Source of the DNA: Candidatus Acidiferrum sp.
GTDB lineage: Bacteria; Acidobacteriota; Terriglobia; Acidiferrales; UBA7541
Assembly: GCA_041478205.1 (NCBI GenBank)
Contig: JBGOVR010000001.1
Coordinates: forward strand, 5,583-69,582
Direction: 5' to 3'
DNA length: 64,000 nucleotides
The notes below the pieces were generated by a model that was given only the letters and a program-made list of their open reading frames with translations, made no database searches and had not been told where the DNA came from. Each line of letters opens with the position of its first letter. Within the stretch, counting starts at the first letter, position 1. Shown in pieces: positions 18,698 to 28,520 of the stretch. The position numbers and the translations under genes are program-made.

Positions 18698-21600
18698 ATG
18701 GCCTATAACAAAAGCAAATTCGTCGAAGCCGCACAGAAGCTTCTCAACCAGGGCAAGGTCGCCCAGGCCATCGCCGAATACCAGCAGATTCTGAAGCACG
18801 AGCCGCGCGACCAGGTCACCTTGATGACCATCGGCGAGCTGTATATCCGCCAAGGCGAAACTTTTCAGGCCATCGACTATTTCGAGCGCCTGGCCCAGCT
18901 CTTTGTGGGCGACGGTTTCCTTACCAAAGCGATTGCGGTTTACAAGCGTATTGCCAAGCTCGCCCCGGAAGAAATACGCCCACTCGAGAAGCTCGCCGAC
19001 CTTTACGTACAGCAAGGCGTGATGAGCGAAGCGCGGCCGCTGTTCCTGCAGCTCGCCGAAATCCACCTGAAGAACAACCGCCAGCCCGAGGCGATCGCTC
19101 TTCTCAAAAAGCTTTTGATGGCCGAGCCGGACAATCTGCGTATTCAGGTTCGTCTGGCTGATCTTTATCAAGCGATGGGGCAAACCCGCGAGGCGGTGGA
19201 GGCTTATGTTTCCGCCGCGCAGCGCGCGCTCGCCCGGGGCGACCAGGCGGAATGCGAGAAACTCGCGGATAAGACGCTCAAGCTGGAACCGAATAACCTG
19301 GCCGCGATCATCGTGAAAGCGCGAGTCTATTCCTCGCAAGGCAATCTCACCCAGGCGGCGCAGGTTCTCGAAAAGGTTCCCGATTTGGAGAAGGGCGGCG
19401 AACAAGCCGAACTGCTGCTCGACCTTTATCTCAAAAACGTCAAGTGGGATCAGGCCGCGCAATTGGCCCTGCGCGTCTTTGAAGTGGACCAGAAAAATTT
19501 CGGCCTCGCCGAAAAGGTCGTTGAAGCGCTGCTGGAGTCCGGGCAAGGCGAGCGCGCCATGACCATCCTCGAGAGCACCCGCATTCCCATGATCGACGCC
19601 GGAGAGCACGAGGTCGTGGGGCGGCTGCTGAACGGACTGGCGGAACGCCTGCCGGGCCGCATCGAGCCCCTCGAATGGCTCGTCGAGATCTACGGCCGCA
19701 CCAGCGATTCCTTCCGCTTGCCAGACGCGCTCGCGCATTTAGGTGACGCGCTGGTCGCCGCCAATCAACTGGAACGTGCCAAGGAAGTTTTTCAACAACT
19801 CGTCGACCGCGAGCCCGAAAGCGAGCCGGCCAAGCGCAAACTCAACGATGTCCTGCGCAAGATGGGGCTGCTCGCACCGGAAGAGGGCGCCGCCATTGTT
19901 TTTGAAGACGAACTGCCGACGGAAATTGTAATGCCTCCCGCCCCCAAAGTGCGGCCGGACCTCGAACCTCCTCCGCCGGAGGTCAATGCGAAACCCGTAA
20001 GTTCAACGATATTGGCGGAAGCCCCGCTCGACGAGGACACTCAGAAATTCATCGCCCAATCGCTCACCGACGTCGATCTGTTTGCCAGCTACGGCCTGAC
20101 GCAAAAGGCGATTGGCCTGCTCGAAGCCATACTGCGCCGTGCTCCACGGCACACGCCTACGCTCGAAAAGCTTCTGGACTTCGTTTTGGGTGCCGGCGAC
20201 GACCGTCGCACGGCTGAGCTAGCCGCACAGCTGGAGCAAATTCACACGGAGCGCGGCGATGAGCGGGGCGCCGAACGCTTTGGCGAGTTGCGACGCCGCT
20301 TCCAGCGCGCGGCAGGCTTGACCGATGAGGAGTTGGCCGTGCCAGCTGCTCAGGCGCGCTCTGCCACTCCCGAAATTTCGTTGCCGGAAGTTGCCGCCGA
20401 ACCTGAACTGGGCGAGTTCTCCATTGAGGGAGCGACTCCTGAAGCAGACGCCTCTCCGGCGCCTGCCCTCGCAGCGGAGGAGGTCCACGAGGTCGATCTT
20501 TCCCAAGAATGGGCGTCGGTGAGCCAAGAAGCTAGCCCTGCCGAGGCTTCGGCACCGCCAGCGCACGCTGCTCCGGAATTCCAAGTTCACGCCGAGGCCC
20601 CGGTCGAAGAGCACGGGTCCACGAAAGAGTCTGTCATTGCGGAACAGCCCGCGACTGCGTCGGAGGAAGCGCCGAAGTTCGCGGAATTCGATATTCCCAC
20701 CGAGGCGCCGGCGGCCGAAGAGGAGAATCGGTTCGCCGAGATTTCGGCGGACGTGCCTGCGGCGTCCGAATCGGCAGACGAAATCCACGAAGAAGTGCTG
20801 GAGCTTCCGTCGACATTCGAGGAGCCTACACCGGCGGCTGCCGAAGAAGTCCCGGCTCCCGCCGCGGCGGTTCCGGAGTTGCCAACCGCCAAATCCAAAC
20901 CTCCAGCGACCGGAATCCCCGAGGCAGCACCAAAAACGCTGGAACCCGAATTCGAGCTCGATCAAGACTACGAACTCGTGCTCGATCCAGAGCCGCTTGT
21001 ACCGGCTTACGACCAGAAGCCGCCCGAGACTCCCGTTGTGGCTCTTGAGCCTGAGCCGGAACCGGTTGCCCGGAATGCCTCGGCCCCGCCGGCGAGCGGG
21101 TTTGCTTCCGATCAGTTTCTGTCGGACCTTGCCAACGAGATCGACCAGCTTGGAATTGGTGGGCTGACGCCTGCATTCTCTGAGCCGGCGAAAGCAGAAG
21201 CGTCTTCAGCCGGTAGGAACGCGGCCAGAGCGCAAGAAAAAACCGGCCCTTCGCTCGACTCGGGCCCGCTCAAGGAAGTTTTCGACGAGTTTCGCGCGGA
21301 GCTCGGCGAAATGGGCGCCGAAGAGGAAGACTTGGAAACACACTACAATCTGGGCGTGGCCTTCCGCGAAATGGGGCTTCTCGAAGAGGCTATCAGCGAG
21401 TTCCAGAAAGTCGCCAAGGCCAGCGAACGCGGCCGCGACTTCCGCTATGCGATGCAGTGCTGCACGCTCCTCGGCATCGCCTTCATGGATAAAGGTCAAC
21501 CCTCCATTGCCGCGATCTGGTATGAACGAGCGCTACACACTCCGGACATCGACGCGGAGAGTATACTCGCGCTGCAGTATGATTTAGGGGTAGCTCAGGA

Positions 21601-21715
21601 GTCGGCGGGCGAGTCGGAGGCGGCACTGAAGAGTTTTTCCCAAGTCTACGCGGTCAATATTGACTATCGCGACGTGGGCGAGCGCATCGCCGCTCTTCAG
21701 AAACCGGCCCGTTGA
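18698..21715 (+). CDS. Large tetratricopeptide-repeat protein, SgmX-like, with an acidic Pro/Ala/Glu-rich linker
   Basis: N-terminal TPR array (AIAEYQQILKHEP.D...GELY; DGFLTKAIAVYK), low-complexity EPA linker, C-terminal ETHYNLGVAFREMGL TPRs. Confidence 0.85.
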   Translation: MAYNKSKFVEAAQKLLNQGKVAQAIAEYQQILKHEPRDQVTLMTIGELYIRQGETFQAIDYFERLAQLFVGDGFLTKAIAVYKRIAKLAPEEIRPLEKLADLYVQQGVMSEARPLFLQLAEIHLKNNRQPEAIALLKKLLMAEPDNLRIQVRLADLYQAMGQTREAVEAYVSAAQRALARGDQAECEKLADKTLKLEPNNLAAIIVKARVYSSQGNLTQAAQVLEKVPDLEKGGEQAELLLDLYLKNVKWDQAAQLALRVFEVDQKNFGLAEKVVEALLESGQGERAMTILESTRIPMIDAGEHEVVGRLLNGLAERLPGRIEPLEWLVEIYGRTSDSFRLPDALAHLGDALVAANQLERAKEVFQQLVDREPESEPAKRKLNDVLRKMGLLAPEEGAAIVFEDELPTEIVMPPAPKVRPDLEPPPPEVNAKPVSSTILAEAPLDEDTQKFIAQSLTDVDLFASYGLTQKAIGLLEAILRRAPRHTPTLEKLLDFVLGAGDDRRTAELAAQLEQIHTERGDERGAERFGELRRRFQRAAGLTDEELAVPAAQARSATPEISLPEVAAEPELGEFSIEGATPEADASPAPALAAEEVHEVDLSQEWASVSQEASPAEASAPPAHAAPEFQVHAEAPVEEHGSTKESVIAEQPATASEEAPKFAEFDIPTEAPAAEEENRFAEISADVPAASESADEIHEEVLELPSTFEEPTPAAAEEVPAPAAAVPELPTAKSKPPATGIPEAAPKTLEPEFELDQDYELVLDPEPLVPAYDQKPPETPVVALEPEPEPVARNASAPPASGFASDQFLSDLANEIDQLGIGGLTPAFSEPAKAEASSAGRNAARAQEKTGPSLDSGPLKEVFDEFRAELGEMGAEEEDLETHYNLGVAFREMGLLEEAISEFQKVAKASERGRDFRYAMQCCTLLGIAFMDKGQPSIAAIWYERALHTPDIDAESILALQYDLGVAQESAGESEAALKSFSQVYAVNIDYRDVGERIAALQKPAR

Positions 21716-21754
21716 CCTCCCGCCTTTACCGAATCTTGGGGCTTTCTCTCACCG

Positions 21755-22009
21755 ATGAATCGCATCCTTAGCGCATTGCTGGTCGTCATCTGCTGCATTA
21801 TGGGCGCGATCCTTTTCTACCTGCCCTGGACGAATATTTGGGAGCAGAATTATTTTCTTAGCCATTTTCCGTCCCTGATGCGAATTCTGCTGAATCCTTC
21901 GGTTCGCGGCGCGGTCAGCGGCCTCGGCATTCTAGATATTTTTCTCGCCGTGACCATGATCGGGCCCGAAACGCGCCCATCGACGCCCACCCGTGTCCGC
22001 CCTCAGTAA
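21755..22009 (+). CDS. Small membrane protein
   Basis: 84 aa with two hydrophobic helices; LPWT.IWEQNYF and RGAVSGLGILD; co-oriented in the operon. Confidence 0.7.
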   Translation: MNRILSALLVVICCIMGAILFYLPWTNIWEQNYFLSHFPSLMRILLNPSVRGAVSGLGILDIFLAVTMIGPETRPSTPTRVRPQ

Positions 22010-22694
22010 TTCGCTCGCGTCGCGAAGCTCCCCGATACTCTGCTACGTAACCGACCGTCGCAGCCTTGCTCCCGCGACTTCGCAAGATCTCCTCGCCTCC
22101 CTTGTCCGCAAGATGGCAGCACTCGCGTCAGCGGGTATTGATTGGGTGCAGATACGCGAGAAGGATCTTTCCACCAAGGAATTGGTGGCGCTCACGCGGA
22201 AAGCTTCGCAACGAACAGTAACGCGCGCCGAGGGCGCGTCCGGCGCGACGCGTGTTCTGATTAACGACCGTCTCGACGTCGCACTCGCGGAACGCGCCGG
22301 GGGCGTTCATCTCGGCGGGAACGGTTTGCCGGTTGCGGAAGCGAAGTGCCTCGTCGAGGCGCACGCATCAGGCCAAGATTTTCTGATTGGCGTTTCCTGC
22401 CATTCCCTCGAAGCCGCGAAGTCCGCCGCGGGTGATGGCGCCAATTACCTCTTCTTCGGTCCGGTCTTCGCCACGCCTTCAAAAGCCGCCTTCGGCCCGC
22501 CGCAAGGTCTCGGCCCACTCGCGAGAGTCTGCCGCTCCGTATCGATTCCCGTGCTTGCCATCGGCGGTGTGACACTCGAAAACGCCGCCGCCTGCGTCGC
22601 CGCCGGTGCTTCCGGTATCGCCGCCATCCGGTTGTTCCAAGACGCTCCAGACCTAGCGGGTGTAATCACTGCTTTGCGGCAACTGGCTCGCTGA
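21993..22694 (+). CDS. thiE: Thiamine-phosphate synthase (ThiE/TenI family)
   Basis: VQIREKD, INDRLDVA, GVHLG, GVSCHS, FGPVFATPSK, LAIGGV. Confidence 0.85.
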   Translation: MSALSNSLASRSSPILCYVTDRRSLAPATSQDLLASLVRKMAALASAGIDWVQIREKDLSTKELVALTRKASQRTVTRAEGASGATRVLINDRLDVALAERAGGVHLGGNGLPVAEAKCLVEAHASGQDFLIGVSCHSLEAAKSAAGDGANYLFFGPVFATPSKAAFGPPQGLGPLARVCRSVSIPVLAIGGVTLENAAACVAAGASGIAAIRLFQDAPDLAGVITALRQLAR

Positions 22695-22697
22695 CTT

Positions 22698-23192
22698 CTA
22701 CGGCCCTCCGCCCCCGCGGACGATATGCGGATCCAAATCGATAGTGCCGGTGCTGGTGACGATGTGAATTTGGTATTTGTAGACCTTGGCTCGAAAGTTC
22801 GGCGGAAGAGCACCGACTTCGCGATCCGGCGTTGCGGCTTGCCCCTCGCTGTGGAGTTGCGCCTCGAATGCCTGCTTGAACGGCCACTCGTTATTTAGAA
22901 AGCGCACCTCGATGCTCTTGATCCCGCTCCCTTTCGCCGCTTCCCAACGAACGTTTTCTCCCGAGCAAACGAAAACAACTTCATCTTCCACACTTATGCC
23001 GTTGGTGGCATTTACTTCGATCCGCGTCGTCCCCGAGTAGTTGGGCTGGTATTTCTGGCACGCCACGTTGCGCAGATTGTTCGTTTTCACGGGGTTCCGG
23101 ACCTGCCGCTCCGCGCATCCGGAAAACATCAGAACGAAACCCAGAACACCTGCTACGAAACCCAATTTCCGCGGCCGTTCTTGCGAACTCAT
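22698..23192 (-). CDS. Small hypothetical lipoprotein, probably beta-rich
   Basis: Lipobox-like LMFSGC; C-terminal YKY...LDPHI; ATG at 23192, or GTG at 23210 overlapping the kinase stop. Confidence 0.75.
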   Translation of the reverse strand: MSSQERPRKLGFVAGVLGFVLMFSGCAERQVRNPVKTNNLRNVACQKYQPNYSGTTRIEVNATNGISVEDEVVFVCSGENVRWEAAKGSGIKSIEVRFLNNEWPFKQAFEAQLHSEGQAATPDREVGALPPNFRAKVYKYQIHIVTSTGTIDLDPHIVRGGGGP

Positions 23193-23206
23193 CGCTTTTT
23201 CCTTTC

Positions 23207-25801
23207 TCACTTGGCTTTCGGCTCGTAGATCAGCGCCTTGAACCGTGGGTCATTTTGAAGCGCATCGAAATTCGGCGTGTCGCGCACAGTGGCGGGCGAC
23301 CAACCCGCCGCCACCGCGCGTTGCAGCGAGCTTACGGCTTTCTCCTTTTCACCCAGTTGCGCAAAGACGAGTCCCGCATCGTACAGCACTTCGGGATCTC
23401 GCGGCGCCAGACGCAGCGCCTCTTCTATCCTTTGGTGCGCGGGCCGCGCTTCTCCGAGCATGGCGTGGTATTCGGCCAGATAGCTCAGCGTGTAGGCATT
23501 TCGCGGATTGATCTTACGCTGTTCTTCTCCGAGAACCAGCGCCTTGCGGTACGCCGCGCCCGCGCGGTCCCGCAATGCCGGCGCCCAGAAATACGCATCC
23601 GCCAAGTTTCCCCACATTTCATAGTCTTGCGGAGCGAGAGCGGTGGCCTCCTCGAAGGCTTGCGCCGCGGCGCCATACTCCTTCAACTGAAAGTAGGCGG
23701 TAGCCAGATTGGAGGTGGCGTAAGCCGTCTTCCTGATCTTCAGCGACTGCTCGAGCGGCTCGATCGCTTCCTTGTACTTTCCTTGTTGAGCCCGGGAACC
23801 TCCCAGGTTCAGGTAGCCCACGAAGCTGTCCGGCGCCAGCGAGATCACTTGCGTATACATTTGAGCCGCTTCTTCCGGCTTCCCACGCCGCTGATAGAAG
23901 ATTCCCAGCCGGTTGTAGCCCGCCCAGTAATTCGGCCGCAGCGCAATCGCCGCTTTGTAGGCCTTCTCCGCTTCGTCCAGCCGGTCTAGGTGTTCGTACG
24001 CGCTCGCCAGTCCAATCTGGGCGGCGTCCATCGTCGGCTCGGCTTGCGCGGCCTTCTGGTATTCCGCGACTGCCTGTTCGTATTTGCCGGTGCCCAGGTA
24101 CACGAAACCCAGACATGCGCGCGCCTCCACGAGTCCGGAATCTTTCTCAGCGGCGCTCTGGCACGCGCGCGCTGCCTGGTCCGGCAGGTCCTTGTCGTGT
24201 GTCGATTCGAATTTTCGCCAATACGCTTCGCCGAGGCCCGCATACGCCGCCGCAAATCTGGGATCTTTGTCGAGTGCGCGGCGAAACACCGTGATGGCAT
24301 TGTCGATGTTTTCTTCCTTGTCGTAATTCTGCAGGTAGCCGCGCCCTTGCAGATAAAAGTCGTACGCCGCGGGTTCCGTCGTCCCGTGGGCGGAGAAGGC
24401 CTTCTTCTCCTGTGGCTGCAGCTCCAACTCGAGAGCCTGCGCCACGCTTTCGGACACCTGGTCCTGCAGCGCGAAAGGATCGGCCGTGGCTGCGGTGATC
24501 GTTCCGCCCCGGAGCTCCTGGTGCGAGCGTGCGTCCACGAGCGAGTAGTTCACGCGTTCCTGCCCCGCGGCGTGCTGGATGTTGATGAGCAATCCGAGAT
24601 TCACGCCGAATTCCGCGCGCGCCATATCGACTGTGGTTACTTTCTTCGATCGGACTTCGCTTGCGGGAATCACGGCCAGCGGATGCGTTTTTGTCAGCTC
24701 GGTCAGACGCGACGTCAGTGTCTCTACTAGACCGTCGTCAAAAGCTGTTTCTTCCGGCTGCACGCCTCCGCTCGGCGGCAGAACCGCAAGCTGCACGCGT
24801 TCCGGCACAGCCATCGCGGCGCCTGCTGACACCTTGTTACGTTTCCCGCTCCGCCATGCCGTGCCGATTCCCACGCCGGCTAGCACGGCGATCACCAGCA
24901 CGATTGGGATCCACAGGGTGATGTTCCGCCGGCCTCCGGTTCGTGGCGCTGGGCTCGCCACGATCGACTGCGATGGCTCCAGCGCCTCGAGTGCCGCGCG
25001 GAGTTCACTGGCCCGCTGATAGCGCCGCGCCGGGTCTTTTTCCAGGCACCGCTTGACGACACTCGCGAATCCCGCAGGAACATGCTCTGGCAGCGGAGGC
25101 GCGGGCTCTTGCAGGATCGCGGTGCACAGGCGGTAAAGATTTTCGCCGCGGAATGGCCGCGCCCCCGAAGCCATCTCGTGCAGCATCACGCCCAGCGACC
25201 AGATGTCGCTACACGCTCCGGCCTCCTTGCCTTCCAGCTGCTCCGGCGCCATGTAGGGCAGCGTGCCCGTTAGACCTAGACTCGTCTCGGTAGCCCCGTT
25301 ATCCAGCGTCTTGCGCTGCATCTGATCGGGGTCGGTTCGCTTGGCCAGCCCAAAATCCAGAATCTTCGCGTCACCTTGCGGCGTCACCACGATATTCACC
25401 GGCTTTAGGTCCCGGTGAATGATTCCGCGCTCGTGCGCGTGCTCCAGTGCCCGCGCGATTTGCCGCCCGTACCGCAGCACCGTCTCCACGGGCATTCCGT
25501 TCTCTCGTAGGGATTCCGCCAGCGGCCGCCCTTCGACGTACTCCATGGCGATGAAGAGCTCGCCATCCTCCTCGCCCACTTCGTAGATCGTGCAAATATT
25601 GGGATGGTTCAGAGACGACGCCGTCCGCGCCTCATTCCGGAAGCGCTCCACACGTTTCGGGTCGTGCACGATTTGCGGCGATAGAAATTTCAGCGCCACG
25701 GTGCGGCCCAGTGCCGTATCCTCCGCGAGGTACACCACACCCATCCCACCGGAACCCAGCGGGTTCAGCAGACGGTAATGAGACACCACGGAACTCGGCA
25801 A
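23207..25801 (-). CDS. Membrane Ser/Thr (Hanks) kinase with extracytoplasmic TolB-N-like and TPR domains
   Basis: GSGGMG, VALK, HRDLKP.N, DFGLA, YMAPE; one TM helix; AYDFYLQG and FAAAYAGLGEAY TPR repeats. Confidence 0.93.
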   Translation of the reverse strand: MPSSVVSHYRLLNPLGSGGMGVVYLAEDTALGRTVALKFLSPQIVHDPKRVERFRNEARTASSLNHPNICTIYEVGEEDGELFIAMEYVEGRPLAESLRENGMPVETVLRYGRQIARALEHAHERGIIHRDLKPVNIVVTPQGDAKILDFGLAKRTDPDQMQRKTLDNGATETSLGLTGTLPYMAPEQLEGKEAGACSDIWSLGVMLHEMASGARPFRGENLYRLCTAILQEPAPPLPEHVPAGFASVVKRCLEKDPARRYQRASELRAALEALEPSQSIVASPAPRTGGRRNITLWIPIVLVIAVLAGVGIGTAWRSGKRNKVSAGAAMAVPERVQLAVLPPSGGVQPEETAFDDGLVETLTSRLTELTKTHPLAVIPASEVRSKKVTTVDMARAEFGVNLGLLINIQHAAGQERVNYSLVDARSHQELRGGTITAATADPFALQDQVSESVAQALELELQPQEKKAFSAHGTTEPAAYDFYLQGRGYLQNYDKEENIDNAITVFRRALDKDPRFAAAYAGLGEAYWRKFESTHDKDLPDQAARACQSAAEKDSGLVEARACLGFVYLGTGKYEQAVAEYQKAAQAEPTMDAAQIGLASAYEHLDRLDEAEKAYKAAIALRPNYWAGYNRLGIFYQRRGKPEEAAQMYTQVISLAPDSFVGYLNLGGSRAQQGKYKEAIEPLEQSLKIRKTAYATSNLATAYFQLKEYGAAAQAFEEATALAPQDYEMWGNLADAYFWAPALRDRAGAAYRKALVLGEEQRKINPRNAYTLSYLAEYHAMLGEARPAHQRIEEALRLAPRDPEVLYDAGLVFAQLGEKEKAVSSLQRAVAAGWSPATVRDTPNFDALQNDPRFKALIYEPKAK

Positions 25802-25880
25802 AGCACACCGCCAGGGACTGCGCAGGACTCGCTAGGAGAGACTCCCCAGTGGCTGAGCCCTCCAGCCACTGATGCGCGAA

Positions 25881-25910
25881 ATCTTAGGCTGCGTGCATGT
25901 TCTAAGTCAA
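25881..25910 (-). promoter_or_regulatory. Putative sigma70 promoter of the TPR kinase
   Basis: Minus strand TTGACT, 18 bp, TAAGAT. Confidence 0.45.
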
Positions 25911-25980
25911 TGAAGAGCGGCGCCAGGTAGTGCCTCAGTGTGGATTTCTCGCTACCGGCACAGACCACCGGGTCGACGCG

Positions 25981-26340
25981 CTACGCAATGGAGAACTGAT
26001 CGATGACCCATAGCCATGTCCCGTCGCCTTGTCGGCGGGCGATCTCAGCGGTCACGCTGCCATCAGGAAGGCGAGTTGAAGTGAGTGCCAAGTCTCCACT
26101 GATAGTGGCCGGGCGTTGATCTCCGAAATCAAATTTTCGGCCCATTGCCACCAGTCCGGCGTAGAACGCTCGGATTGCTTCCCTGCCTAGCGTCAACCGC
26201 CCGCCACCGCAGTCAAGGACGGCATGGGGCTCATAAAGGGCTGCCATTCCGTCGACGTCTCCCGCCCTCTCTCGGGAAACCAGCAGCCGCTCCAAATCCT
26301 GAGGATCACGCGCTGGCTCACGGCTTACTTCATCGGCCAT
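25981..26340 (-). CDS. NTF2/SnoaL-like (YybH/DUF4440) protein
   Basis: AGDVDGMAALYEPHAVL, GREAIRAFY, EIARRQGDGTWLWVID. Confidence 0.85.
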   Translation of the reverse strand: MADEVSREPARDPQDLERLLVSRERAGDVDGMAALYEPHAVLDCGGGRLTLGREAIRAFYAGLVAMGRKFDFGDQRPATISGDLALTSTRLPDGSVTAEIARRQGDGTWLWVIDQFSIA

Positions 26341-26421
26341 AACGACACTCCTCTGACGGCAATCCAATCAAACGGAGACACTACTCGGCGCCAGGGGCAG
26401 CGCGGATGGGTGATGATGCGA

Positions 26422-26886
26422 TCAACTGCGGTGGTTCATCAGCCGGCGCAGCAGCCGGATCTGCCCCGCATGGTAAATGTCATGGAAGGCCACGCCATAG
26501 AGCTGCCGCAGCAGCTTCGCGCTGCGCGGGGTCGGAAGCACCCTTGCGATCGTGTCGCGCAAGGCCCGGTGCTCGCGCTCAAGCAGCTCTTTGTCCGCGC
26601 GCCATGCTGCTTCGCTCAACTTCCCCTTCTCTGGACGCGCAAAGAAATTGCTGCCTTTCAGTGCAAACGAGCCGCGCTTTCCGCCTTCGATCCGCCGTCT
26701 TACCGCGTACTTCCAATACGCGGCGTGCAAGGTTTCTTCCCAGATGTTGTGCCGCTGTGGTCCGGGACGCCAAGCGGCTTGCTTCGCCGTCACTCCACGT
26801 ATGGATTGTTTGAGGTTGGGCCCATGCCAGGTGCGTTTTTCGTAGGCTTCGTCCAATAGTGTGAGTATCCATTGCGGCGGTTTCAC
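26422..26886 (-). CDS. DinB-family protein
   Basis: WHGPNL, HNIWEETLHAAYWK, HDIYHAGQI (His triad); GTG at 26886 after a G-rich RBS. Confidence 0.85.
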   Translation of the reverse strand: MKPPQWILTLLDEAYEKRTWHGPNLKQSIRGVTAKQAAWRPGPQRHNIWEETLHAAYWKYAVRRRIEGGKRGSFALKGSNFFARPEKGKLSEAAWRADKELLEREHRALRDTIARVLPTPRSAKLLRQLYGVAFHDIYHAGQIRLLRRLMNHRS

Positions 26887-26986
26887 GATTCCCCCGAATC
26901 CGAAAGACAAAGGTTAGAACTCCGGGAGAATGGCGCGTCTTGACGTGCGTGTCAACGGGGCAGGCTCGCGCCTCAATGGCCGGGAT

Positions 26987-28213
26987 CTACAGGGCCGTAG
27001 CGCCCTGCGGCCGCGACGTTCTCTTACGTTGGTAGAGCCGTTGGTCCGCTACCTCGAGAAGCTCTTGAGCCGTCCGCCCATCATCTGGGTACACACTGGA
27101 ACCAATGCTGACCGTCAACGGTAGCTCCTTCTTTTCATCTCGCAAGGCGCTCTCCACGCGTCCGGCGATCAGCCGGGCCATTCCGGAGTCCGCATCGATC
27201 AACAAGACCGCGAACTCATCCCCGCCGTACCGCGCCGCCAGATCTGTTGAACGGCACTGCTCCTTGATCACCTCGGCCAGCCGCTTGAGCGACCGGTTCC
27301 CCGCCAGATGTCCCAGCCTGTCGTTGATGCGCTTCAACTCGTCGAGGTCCAGCAAGAGCACGGCAAAGGACCGATTGCTGCGCTCGCCACGGCGCACTTC
27401 CCGCTCCAGCGTATCCAGCAATTCCCGGTAATTCGCCAGCCCTGTCAGGGCGTCGTGGGTGGCCTGATAGCGCATTCGCTCTTCGCTCTTTTTGCGTTCG
27501 GTAATGTCCAGACCTGCCCCGATGCACCCGATGATTTCGCCTGTCGCCGATCGTAATGGCTCCAGATGAACCTCGAGAACTCGGTTTTTCTGTTTGTATT
27601 CGAACCGGGAAGAGCTTCCTCGTAGCGCCTCGTAGTGCTGCGCTATCGGCGCCGTATGAGGGTCCTGGCATTTCAAATACTCAAAAACCGAACGGCCGAC
27701 GAGTTCCCCGGGCCGAATTCTCGCCGCCTGTAGTCCAGCGCCCCAGTTCGACGTGATCCGCAGGTTCCGATCCGTCGTCCAAAGAGCCAGGGGCATCTGC
27801 TCTGCCAGGAAGCGCAGCTGCGCTTCGGGCGCCTCGCTCCCGGGATTCCAGGATAACGCCCGCGCCCGCTCCAAAATGCCAGTGATCGCTCCGTGTTCGT
27901 TTCGAATGGGTACGTGACTCAGAGTGACGCGAACGATCGATCCGTCTTTGTGCAGGCGTTCCCGGTTCTCACAGTGCGGGAACTCTCCGTTTATCGCCGC
28001 CCGCAGAAGTCCGTCATACGTCGGCACTTCGTAGACAGGTAGAAGCCGCACCAGCGGCTGTCCCGTCATCTCTGCCTCGGCGTAACCGTACAAGCGCTCC
28101 GCTCCGCGGCTCCACGTTTCGATGGCGCCGTCGAGGGCGAAGCTGAGTAACCCATCCTCCGTCGAGGACAAAACGGCGGCGAGTAAGTGCTCGGGCCGCA
28201 TTGTTTGCGGCAT
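26987..28213 (-). CDS. Diguanylate cyclase with two PAS domains
   Basis: WSRGAERLYGY PAS; second PAS; HDALTGLAN, DLDELKRIND..GH; I-site RSTD; RYGGDEF. Confidence 0.93.
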   Translation of the reverse strand: MPQTMRPEHLLAAVLSSTEDGLLSFALDGAIETWSRGAERLYGYAEAEMTGQPLVRLLPVYEVPTYDGLLRAAINGEFPHCENRERLHKDGSIVRVTLSHVPIRNEHGAITGILERARALSWNPGSEAPEAQLRFLAEQMPLALWTTDRNLRITSNWGAGLQAARIRPGELVGRSVFEYLKCQDPHTAPIAQHYEALRGSSSRFEYKQKNRVLEVHLEPLRSATGEIIGCIGAGLDITERKKSEERMRYQATHDALTGLANYRELLDTLEREVRRGERSNRSFAVLLLDLDELKRINDRLGHLAGNRSLKRLAEVIKEQCRSTDLAARYGGDEFAVLLIDADSGMARLIAGRVESALRDEKKELPLTVSIGSSVYPDDGRTAQELLEVADQRLYQRKRTSRPQGATAL

Positions 28214-28442
28214 CTGTACCTAGCGATCTTTTCAGAACGGGGAAGGCGTTCGCGTTGCAGAGCGGTTGTTTCCCGCCGGCAAGAGGGTCGAGCCGGGACG
28301 GGCAAGTTAGCGAGGGGTGCGATTTCGCACCCGCTATCCACCAGTCTAGCAACGGACCTGCGGAAGGGAACGGTAAGAATCGTAAAGGTGTGAGCAGGTC
28401 GTTATCCTGGCGAAGCCAGGCAAAATCAGGGCGGAATTTTAG

Positions 28443-28510
28443 TTGCAAATCACTTGCATATGATATGCGACTAAGTTAGTCTTATTTCCGCTGTTGCAAC
28501 CTACTTGCAA
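28443..28510 (+). promoter_or_regulatory. Cluster of palindromic operator-like boxes (possibly Fur-family metalloregulator sites)
   Basis: TTGCAA-N5-TTGCAT (28443-28459), GACTAA-G-TTAGTC (28469-28481), TTGCAA-N5-TTGCAA (28494-28510). Confidence 0.55.
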
Positions 28511-28520
28511 GGAGAACTCG

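Noticed and set aside
18488-19738. 416-aa minus-strand ORF
   Set aside because: It lies opposite the TPR gene, has no motifs, and is expected from GC-rich codon bias
23056-23071. sigma54-like TGGCAC...TTGC
   Set aside because: The spacing is one base too long and the site lies inside a gene on the opposite strand
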